Source: a virus
IMG/VR virus record: IMGVR_UViG_3300045391_003815
Location: 1 to 38,971 of that record
Strand: one strand, 5' to 3'
DNA length: 38,971 nt
In this document: positions 23,349 to 29,917 of the stretch, piece by piece
How the letters are laid out: each line of letters begins with the position of its first letter
Numbering within the stretch: the first letter of the stretch is position 1
The notes under the pieces: generated by a model
The model's database searches: none
What the model saw: the letters and a program-made list of their open reading frames with translations, nothing else
Told to the model about the DNA's origin: nothing
Position numbers and translations under genes: made by a program

Positions 23349-23645
23349 ATGTACGTGGTGAAAATTCAAATTGAGGTTTCTGAGAAGAACGAAGGCACTG
23401 AATCTCCCTGGTGGATGATTGTTGAACCGCTCAGAGGCAGTAGCAGGAAGGCTGAAAGCGTAGCTCACTGCATCACAGGCCCGTTCTTTAGCAGGGAAGC
23501 TGCTGAGAGGGAGCTGCAGTCTAGAAGCTATGATTATCACAAGGACGCCATCGTTTGGTGTGCCTCTGGATATCACTCAGGTCAATACAAGCTAGCCTTA
23601 CGTTCTGAAAAAGCAGCACAAGAATTGAATCGCTTCGGTCAGTGA
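23349..23645 (+). CDS. Hypothetical protein (98 aa from the ATG at 23349)
   Basis: The track start at 23283 is a TTG inside a hairpin region; the ATG at 23349 is preceded by gaaagg; contains SPWWMIVEP...GPFFSREAAE. Confidence 0.55.
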   Translation: MYVVKIQIEVSEKNEGTESPWWMIVEPLRGSSRKAESVAHCITGPFFSREAAERELQSRSYDYHKDAIVWCASGYHSGQYKLALRSEKAAQELNRFGQ

Positions 23646-23888
23646 CTCACCGTGATGATGCTCTTTGGCAGGCTTGCTGCTGACAGAGCTATCCCCCTAC
23701 CCCCTTACTACTATTCCCTGGGTTACTGCCCTGTGTGGCCAGCTTATTTGCGTTTGCTGTGCCGTTCTCTGCAGCCAATCAAGCGATAGCCAGTAAGCTA
23801 CTTGCCTCCATACCCCTGTGAGTCGCTGGAGGGTCTCTGCTGCACGTCATGCTCCCCGTATAGGATGCCACTGACCACGCTGCGTCTA

Positions 23889-23918
23889 TTGACGCTCTGT
23901 TACAGTGCACTTTATAGC
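23889..23918 (+). promoter_or_regulatory. Candidate orphan promoter inside the 566-nt ORF-poor gap
   Basis: TTGACG (23889-23894), 18-nt spacer, TATAGC (23913-23918); the -10 is weak. Confidence 0.35.
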
Positions 23919-23924
23919 CCCACT

Positions 23925-24125
23925 GTGAGCATGCGTGACTGCTCTTATCCAGGGCTGTTTGTGTTCAGAAAGAACGCTACTATCTTTGCAGAAGATGTGT
24001 TGTGAGATCAATAGAAATCTTTTACACTGCCTTTTGATCCCGTCCAAAAACAGAAGAACAACTTTAGAATATATTCACCCCCTGGTACCACTGCCCTAGT
24101 GCTCTACCAGGGGATTTTTCTTTTT
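23925..24125 (+). ncRNA. Candidate non-coding transcript of about 200 nt, ending at a strong intrinsic terminator
   Basis: No RBS-preceded ORF lies between the candidate promoter and the terminator. The only ATG ORF is 24 codons with no SD, and the 67-aa track ORF uses a TTG with no RBS. Confidence 0.3.
24079..24125 (+). terminator. Rho-independent terminator
   Basis: 9-bp stem cccctggta / taccagggg, 17-nt loop, then atttttcttttt. Confidence 0.8.
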
Positions 24126-24141
24126 GTCGCCGCACTGTGTG

Positions 24142-24169
24142 TTGACCTCTGCTGTGTCGCCTATACAAT
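24142..24169 (+). promoter_or_regulatory. Sigma-70-type promoter for the replication/recombination genes
   Basis: TTGACC (24142-24147), 16-nt spacer, TACAAT (24164-24169). Confidence 0.6.
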
Positions 24170-24211
24170 CAGCCCAATCATTAACCAAAACCACTATACA
24201 AAGGACACACA

Positions 24212-25144
24212 ATGTCATTCACAGTACGCAAGGCTGTACGGAAAAATCTGCCACTGAAGATTGGGATCTCTGGCCTCTCTGGCTCTGGCAAGACCTACTC
24301 CGCCCTGCTCCTGGCCAAAGGCCTGGCAGGTACCGGAAAGGTAGCCGTACTAGACACCGAGAATAGACGCAGCGAATACTATGCTGACGTTACTGACTTC
24401 GACATCGTGCCGTTCGCCGAGCCCTATAGCCCTGACCGCTACGTCCAGGCCATCAAGCAGCTCGAGAAGGAATACGCTGTCATTATCATCGACTCAGCCA
24501 GTCATGAGTGGGATGGCATTGGTGGCTGCCTGGATATGAGTAAGGCTAAGGGTGGTAAGTTCCAGGACTGGGGTATCATTAGCCCGCTCCACAAGAAATT
24601 CACTGATGCCTTGCTAGGCTCCCCTGCCCACATCATTGCTACTGTGCGCCAAAAGAAGGAATTCAGCATGGGCGAGGGCAACAACGGTAGGACCAAGGTG
24701 GAGGCTGTAGGCACGAAGCTGGTACAGCGTGACAACTTCGAGTACGAGTTTGCCGTGCTGTTCGAAGTGCAGATGAACCACAAGGCCCTAGCCAGCAAGG
24801 ACAACACTAGACTGTTCACCACTGAGGTGCCGTTCACTCTTGATGAACAGACAGGGATTAGGCTGCGTGAGTGGAACGAGAAGGGCCAGGTGGCGCCTAA
24901 GACCCAGGAGATCCCTGGCACTAACACTGCAGTGACCACCATCAGCGAGGCACAAGCTAAGAAGCTTTGGGCTGTAGCCAAGGAGCACAAGTGGTCTACC
25001 GATGAGGTGAAGTGGCTATTGTCAAAGTACAAGGTCACACAGTCTTCTGAGATCCGCTGGGATGAGTTTGATGGCGTCCTGGCCTGGCTCGAGATGGGCT
25101 ACCAGAAGGCCTTTGCTCAGTCACAACAGAGAGCCAACAGTTAG
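24212..25144 (+). CDS. Sak4-like / AAA_24-type RecA-fold ATPase (310 aa)
   Basis: Walker A ISGLSGSGKTYSALLLA, then VLDTENRRSEYY, and Walker B-like VIIIDSASHEWDG. Confidence 0.8.
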   Translation: MSFTVRKAVRKNLPLKIGISGLSGSGKTYSALLLAKGLAGTGKVAVLDTENRRSEYYADVTDFDIVPFAEPYSPDRYVQAIKQLEKEYAVIIIDSASHEWDGIGGCLDMSKAKGGKFQDWGIISPLHKKFTDALLGSPAHIIATVRQKKEFSMGEGNNGRTKVEAVGTKLVQRDNFEYEFAVLFEVQMNHKALASKDNTRLFTTEVPFTLDEQTGIRLREWNEKGQVAPKTQEIPGTNTAVTTISEAQAKKLWAVAKEHKWSTDEVKWLLSKYKVTQSSEIRWDEFDGVLAWLEMGYQKAFAQSQQRANS

Positions 25145-25254
25145 GACGAAAGTCCTATAGGGGCGCTGAGGAACCCCAAATCCCCAGTGTGGTTACTCCA
25201 TTGGCCACACATCCCATGATCCTCCCTCAGCGCCCCGAAAATTTTAGGAGCACT

Positions 25255-25830
25255 ATGACACCGACACAGAAAGTAGTTGCAGACGCTATAGCCGCCATCG
25301 TGAGGCAGAACGATCAGCTGATCAAAATCCTGAGTGAACTCGCCCTGCCCTCACGCCCTGGCCCCAGTGAGTGTGTTATCGACGAGCCTGCGAACGCTAC
25401 CAGCGCCGAGCCTATTGAGAATGGTCCCACTGCGCTGGTGCCTATCGTCGATAAGCAGCCAGAGCAATCAGCCCGGCCTAAGCGCAAGAAGTCTGATGGT
25501 CGTGGTATCCCTGTTTGGGATTCCTACAACTCAGCCTATGAGGAGCGTTACCAGATTTACCCAGTAAGGAATGCGATGACTAACCGCATCTGCTCCCAGT
25601 TGGCTGATAGACTAGGGGAAGACGCGAGGCACGTTATTCGATTCTATGTGAAGCACAACGACTTCTTCTACGTGAAGAACGCACACGCTATCCAGTACGC
25701 CTTGAAGGATGCAGAGAAGCTGCACATGGAATGGTCACGTGGCCGTGCCGTCACTACTGCCGATGCCAGACTGGAAGAGCGCAAGGGCCACAATGCTAAC
25801 GTAGTCCAGCAGGTGCTAGAGAATGCCTAG
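25255..25830 (+). CDS. Hypothetical replication-module protein (191 aa from the ATG at 25255)
   Basis: AGGAG lies 4 nt upstream of the ATG at 25255; the track start at 25189 is a GTG without an RBS; conserved-looking C-terminal domain VWDSYNSAYEERYQIYPVRN... Confidence 0.55.
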   Translation: MTPTQKVVADAIAAIVRQNDQLIKILSELALPSRPGPSECVIDEPANATSAEPIENGPTALVPIVDKQPEQSARPKRKKSDGRGIPVWDSYNSAYEERYQIYPVRNAMTNRICSQLADRLGEDARHVIRFYVKHNDFFYVKNAHAIQYALKDAEKLHMEWSRGRAVTTADARLEERKGHNANVVQQVLENA

Positions 25831-26032
25831 CTGTATCGGTTGTGGTGCCAAGGAGACGAGCTACGATCCATGCACTTGTCCGCCGCCTTGCGATAGGTGT
25901 GACGAACTGGCTGAACGCTTAGCTCTAGCAGACAAGATTCTAGATCTACTCACTGCCTACAATGTAGGAATGAGTTTTCTATCTGAGGAACGAGTAGCAC
26001 CGCTATGGGAGGCCTACCATGGAAAGAGCTGA
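25823..26032 (+). CDS. Small Cys-rich protein (69 aa)
   Basis: CIGCG...CTCPPPCDRC; overlaps both neighbours. Confidence 0.5.
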   Translation: MPSCIGCGAKETSYDPCTCPPPCDRCDELAERLALADKILDLLTAYNVGMSFLSEERVAPLWEAYHGKS

Positions 26033-26585
26033 CTTTTTGAAACGCCTCGCCGTGCTGGCTGATCTCTGTAGCAAGGATTTGTCGCCTGACCTCATCAGGC
26101 TATATGATCACCTTCTTGCTAAGGACTACAGCTATGACCAGCTCTGCGTTGCCATAGAGCAGATCATCCTAGACCGTAAGGATCGTGATCCGTTCCCTAG
26201 CCCCAGGACTGTACTGGATAAGCTACGCCCTCCTGTTGACGACGATGCACTAGCCATCGAGGCTGCAAGCAGAGTGATAGGAGCTATATCCAAGTTTGGT
26301 TACTGTAACCCTTCTGAGGCCTGCGAGTATATCGGGGAACTTGGTTGGGCTATTGTTGACCGAGAAGGGGGCTGGGTGGCGTTATGCGAAAAAGTAGAAA
26401 GTAGACAGCTACCGGCGCTGCGCGCGCAGTGGCGGGATCTGGCTAAGAGTATACTTTTACGTGCAAGGGATGCGGACAACACGCCACCCGGTCTCCCAGC
26501 TGGTACCCCCAAGCCTAGCCTACCCACTGGGGTACAGCGCATAGGGGCTGGCATCGCCAGGAGCCTGCCGCCAGGGGACCTGTGA
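26019..26585 (+). CDS. Possible replicative-helicase loader (G39P-like) protein (188 aa)
   Basis: N-terminal pattern FLKRLAVLADLC...LIRLYDHLLAKDYSYDQLCVAIEQII...DPFPSPRTVLDKL resembles phage helicase-loader N-domains; the call is tentative. Confidence 0.4.
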   Translation: MERADFLKRLAVLADLCSKDLSPDLIRLYDHLLAKDYSYDQLCVAIEQIILDRKDRDPFPSPRTVLDKLRPPVDDDALAIEAASRVIGAISKFGYCNPSEACEYIGELGWAIVDREGGWVALCEKVESRQLPALRAQWRDLAKSILLRARDADNTPPGLPAGTPKPSLPTGVQRIGAGIARSLPPGDL

Positions 26586-26818
26586 AGATCTACGCTAAGT
26601 TTATTTCTGCCGATGGGCTAACGAAGGTGGAGCGCATACCTGGAATAACGCAGTTCTACTTCAGGGCTGGAACGTTCCCGCTAGACCATTACCGTATGTG
26701 CATTGACGCCACTGAAGAACCGCCGAGGCCCGCCATCGTTAAGCGGCGCTATGAGCTATGTGGCGTCAGGAACTATAGCGATACCCAGGTAGCTACCTAC
26801 AGAGAAGTCTATGGCTGA
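26582..26818 (+). CDS. Hypothetical small protein (78 aa)
   Basis: The GTG start overlaps the upstream TGA (GTGA). Confidence 0.5.
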   Translation: MKIYAKFISADGLTKVERIPGITQFYFRAGTFPLDHYRMCIDATEEPPRPAIVKRRYELCGVRNYSDTQVATYREVYG

Positions 26819-27068
26819 TCCCAATCTCATCCAGGTCGCCTACCGGGACATAGTGGAGTCACATGAGGCCGGGATGCCCACGCCGCCACGCTGCTGGGTC
26901 CATAGCTCTGCGGAGTTCTCTGCCTGTAGGTTGCAGCGCATGCTGGCCGAGAAGGGGATTGGGTTGGTGGTGGAGGTGGATGATAGCTTCCCTGCTAATT
27001 GCCTGTGGTTTGTTCCGTTAGAGGCTGTGAAGGAAATGATTGAAAAGGAGGAATGGGGTGAAGCTTGA
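26811..27068 (+). CDS. Hypothetical small protein (85 aa)
   Basis: The ATG overlaps the upstream ORF end by 8 nt. Confidence 0.55.
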   Translation: MADPNLIQVAYRDIVESHEAGMPTPPRCWVHSSAEFSACRLQRMLAEKGIGLVVEVDDSFPANCLWFVPLEAVKEMIEKEEWGEA

Positions 27069-27282
27069 GACTAGGACTTGTGACTGCGGCTGTGGATCTA
27101 CTTACCGCTGCCTGCCTACCTCTACTGCCCGCTATGCTGGCCAGGACCATGAGCGCAGGGCGTTAGACAATGGCATGGCTATCTATCGCCGCCGTATCGC
27201 TGGGGCTCGAGGCCGCCCTAGCAAGAAGGCTATAGCAGCGCGCCAGGAAGTCATAGAGGACGAATTCGGCTACGTGGAGTAG
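27058..27282 (+). CDS. Hypothetical small basic Cys-containing protein (74 aa from the GTG at 27058)
   Basis: AAGGAGG (27045-27051) lies 6 nt upstream of the GTG at 27058; contains CDCGCG...YRC. Confidence 0.5.
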   Translation: MKLETRTCDCGCGSTYRCLPTSTARYAGQDHERRALDNGMAIYRRRIAGARGRPSKKAIAARQEVIEDEFGYVE

Positions 27283-27318
27283 TTGCTGATAGCAGCAGCA
27301 CTGCGTTAGTTTAGCCCC

Positions 27319-27624
27319 ATGAAAGTTTCTAGAAAACCTGTCGTTGATGTGAAGAGAATCTACCAAGCCCTAGGCCGCCGTCTCAAGACGTATCGCATAG
27401 CCAATGGGTTGTCCCAGCGCGACATCGGCGAACTCCTGAATATGAGCCGAGCTAGTGCAGGGCTAATAGAGCAAGGCCGCCAGAGGATCTCTCTGCACGA
27501 CGCTATCATCATTGCCACCCTGCTGGACTTCCGCCTGGATACTCTGCAGCCAGAGACTGGGATTGCTGATGTGAGGGAGTGGGTTAGTAAGAAGCTACAC
27601 GGCTCTAGGTCAAAGCGTGCTTGA
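27319..27624 (+). CDS. XRE-family HTH regulator (101 aa)
   Basis: LKTYRIANGLSQRDIGELLNMSRASAGLIEQGRQRISL. Confidence 0.75.
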   Translation: MKVSRKPVVDVKRIYQALGRRLKTYRIANGLSQRDIGELLNMSRASAGLIEQGRQRISLHDAIIIATLLDFRLDTLQPETGIADVREWVSKKLHGSRSKRA

Positions 27625-27925
27625 AGGACGCCTTAGCTACAGCGAGCTTTTCCCTGAGAGTCATCTTCGGTCCCTGGTTGAGCCGCATCTTCTCGTCATA
27701 GCCCTCGAACGTCCCGAACTTGCGAAGGTGATCAAAGATATCTGCGAGGAGGCGATACAGCATGCTGTAGTCAGCCTCAGACATTCGGCTCTTATGGAGC
27801 TGAGACTTTATCATTACCTGGACGCTGGGCTTCTTGCCTTCTAGCTCCGCGAACTGGGCTACTACTTTCACCTTCTTGCCGGTTCTGATGGTGGGATACC
27901 AGAATGTCTCTTGCCACACTCTCAT
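27605..27925 (-). CDS. Hypothetical protein (106 aa), last gene of the minus-strand unit
   Basis: 4-nt overlap with the VRR-NUC gene; its 3' end overlaps the convergent XRE gene by 20 nt. Confidence 0.6.
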   Translation of the reverse strand: MRVWQETFWYPTIRTGKKVKVVAQFAELEGKKPSVQVMIKSQLHKSRMSEADYSMLYRLLADIFDHLRKFGTFEGYDEKMRLNQGPKMTLREKLAVAKASFKHALT

Positions 27926-28242
27926 GCTCTTGCCTCTATCTGACTAAGCTCCCTAACCGCGTCATCCACTGACCTGAATACAAACGCCTTGCCGCCATGC
28001 TTCTCCCAGCCTGCCAGCCAGTTATGCTGCTCTGGGCTCACCTTGCCCTCTGGCGTCTTCACCTCTATAGCCAATGGCCAGCCACGCCATATGCCTATCA
28101 GGTCTGCAACTCCACGGCCCCTACCCATGCCAAGCTTGCGCCTGCCCTTGATGCCGATCTGGTCAATGATATTGATGTGACCACCGTTCAGTACGATCCA
28201 GTGAACGATGTTACGCTTGATGTCCTTCTCCAACATTCTCAA
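27922..28242 (-). CDS. VRR-NUC domain nuclease (106 aa)
   Basis: GVADLIGIWRGWPLAIEVKTPEGKVSPEQHNWLAGWEKHGGKAFVFRS (D...E-x-K nuclease core). Confidence 0.85.
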   Translation of the reverse strand: MRMLEKDIKRNIVHWIVLNGGHINIIDQIGIKGRRKLGMGRGRGVADLIGIWRGWPLAIEVKTPEGKVSPEQHNWLAGWEKHGGKAFVFRSVDDAVRELSQIEARA

Positions 28243-28660
28243 AAGAATAGACAGGACGGAGCACAGCTACAAGGTCCTTACGGTGCGTGATGGGTCTGAT
28301 GCGGACGTAGGCATTCTGCTTGATGGCGTCAGCTAGTGTGAGCGTCTCTCCATCTCCTCCACCAGCTTCAACCATGTGGCTATTATCAAGCATAAGGGCA
28401 ACGTGGCTGATGTGGTCAGTAGAACTACCGAAGAAGGCAAGAGAGCCAAGCTCAGTGACGCCGCGTCTCGCAAAAGGCTGGAAGTAGTTGTATAGCCCCT
28501 GAGCAGTTTGTCTTGCGGGAGGCGCTGCGCCAACAGACTTGAGGATCTCTTGCACAAGTCCATTGCAGTCGAAGCCAGCAAGCGGATCATCGCCACCCCA
28601 GACGTAGGGCTTTCCAAGGAGGGAGAGCGCTACTTGATACATCAGATCGAATCTGTTCAA
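28211..28660 (-). CDS. NlpC/P60-family endopeptidase, endolysin (149 aa)
   Basis: LLGKPYVWGGDDPLAGFDCNGLV (catalytic Cys) and ISHVALMLDNSHMVEAGGG (His). Confidence 0.85.
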   Translation of the reverse strand: MNRFDLMYQVALSLLGKPYVWGGDDPLAGFDCNGLVQEILKSVGAAPPARQTAQGLYNYFQPFARRGVTELGSLAFFGSSTDHISHVALMLDNSHMVEAGGGDGETLTLADAIKQNAYVRIRPITHRKDLVAVLRPVYSFENVGEGHQA

Positions 28661-28998
28661 TGCTGCACCTTCTCAATTATCTTTTGGATGTTGTCTGTCG
28701 CCTGCTTGAATTTTTTTTTGAACTCGTACGTACAGGTGCCAGGCTTAGAACAGAGCTTCTCAATTGCTGCCTTGTTGTCTCCGTAAGACTGCTGAGTAAC
28801 ACATAGTTGGCCAACACGCTCTTGGTCCCACTGCGCCTTCGGGACATCCCTTTCGAGCTGCTGCTGAGTGTGAGCACAATAGGCACCATCCGTTCCTGCA
28901 TCGGCACAGACCTCCATGTCCTTGATTTCAACTTGGCTGCACGCGGAAGTGAATAAGGTCGCGGTAAGCATTCCTAAAATCTTCAATCGCCTTGTCAT
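28657..28998 (-). CDS. Lipoprotein, o-spanin-like (113 aa)
   Basis: Signal peptide plus lipobox-like LFTSAC. Its start is embedded 71 nt out of frame in the 3' end of the upstream membrane-protein gene. It is Cys-rich and longer than typical o-spanins. Confidence 0.5.
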   Translation of the reverse strand: MTRRLKILGMLTATLFTSACSQVEIKDMEVCADAGTDGAYCAHTQQQLERDVPKAQWDQERVGQLCVTQQSYGDNKAAIEKLCSKPGTCTYEFKKKFKQATDNIQKIIEKVQH

Positions 28999-29281
28999 GC
29001 TGCTCCTTAGTGGCGTTCGGGTCCTGCTGTATCTTGGCTAAGGCGTCGCTTGCTACCTTAGCTGCGGCTACTTCCTTTTGACACTGTGCGTCAATTTCAC
29101 GATATTTAGCCCAGGTCACAATGGCGTTCGCCAAAAGCCCAGTCAGCCATTTGACTACCAGCCCTATGAGCCAGCCCACCACCGGCATGGTGGTGAGCTT
29201 GGCAAGCTGGGGTATGAGCATAGGCAGTATGCCCATTAACAACTGGGCCAGTACCGCCTGTATCAGCTCAGCGAGATCCAT
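28928..29281 (-). CDS. Membrane protein with charged helical C-terminus (117 aa); i-spanin-like or holin-like
   Basis: Hydrophobic N-terminal 60 aa followed by REIDAQCQKEVAAAKVASDALAKIQQD. Confidence 0.5.
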   Translation of the reverse strand: MDLAELIQAVLAQLLMGILPMLIPQLAKLTTMPVVGWLIGLVVKWLTGLLANAIVTWAKYREIDAQCQKEVAAAKVASDALAKIQQDPNATKEQHDKAIEDFRNAYRDLIHFRVQPS

Positions 29282-29282
29282 A

Positions 29283-29660
29283 CTATTCCTTGAAGTGCTT
29301 GATGACTTCGTTCACGAATACCTGCACCGCAGCAATCACGGTACCGTTGATCACCGCCGCAAGCAGCGAGGTACCGGAGGCCAGCGCCGTCACTACCGGC
29401 GAGATGACAGCAAGGCCGTAGATAGCGAGCAGCTTCCACTTGCCCAGGAGGTCTCCCCAGTGAGAGCTGAACACGACCGTCAGCGTTTGCGTCACGAGCA
29501 CTGCAATGGCTAAGGCACTTGCGCCACTGACACCACCGATAAGCTTTAGGATCTGCGCCAGGACATCAGCGTCTGTGGGCGCAGGCACGATCTCAGCCAG
29601 GGCATGGAAGCCAAACATAGCTGCGAACAAGAACATCAAAGTATATAAGGGGCGTTTCAT
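29283..29660 (-). CDS. Multi-pass membrane protein, holin candidate (125 aa)
   Basis: Signal-like N-terminus plus about three hydrophobic helices; lies in the lysis cluster. Confidence 0.5.
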   Translation of the reverse strand: MKRPLYTLMFLFAAMFGFHALAEIVPAPTDADVLAQILKLIGGVSGASALAIAVLVTQTLTVVFSSHWGDLLGKWKLLAIYGLAVISPVVTALASGTSLLAAVINGTVIAAVQVFVNEVIKHFKE

Positions 29661-29917
29661 CAGGGACTCCTTTTGTTGGTTGTGATGTACTCCAGCTTGC
29701 CTTCTATGTTGGATAGTCGCTGGTTCATCTCAAGCATTGTGTTCCTAACCTCTCTCATGAAGTCGCCTTGCCTGTCCACCCTTGCTGCGATGGCTTCTTG
29801 CTTGGAGGCTATAGTCGTCATCCATGTCGCACCGCCACCAATCACCGTGATAGCGAGGCTGAGCGGGATCAGTGTCCCCTCAGAGATTTGTTTAAGAACG
29901 CCTTTCTCTTTGGTCAT
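29660..29917 (-). CDS. Single-pass membrane protein with coiled-coil tail (85 aa)
   Basis: TM helix LIPLSLAITVIGGGATWMTTIA followed by a helical tail; 4-nt overlap with the upstream gene. Confidence 0.5.
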   Translation of the reverse strand: MTKEKGVLKQISEGTLIPLSLAITVIGGGATWMTTIASKQEAIAARVDRQGDFMREVRNTMLEMNQRLSNIEGKLEYITTNKRSP

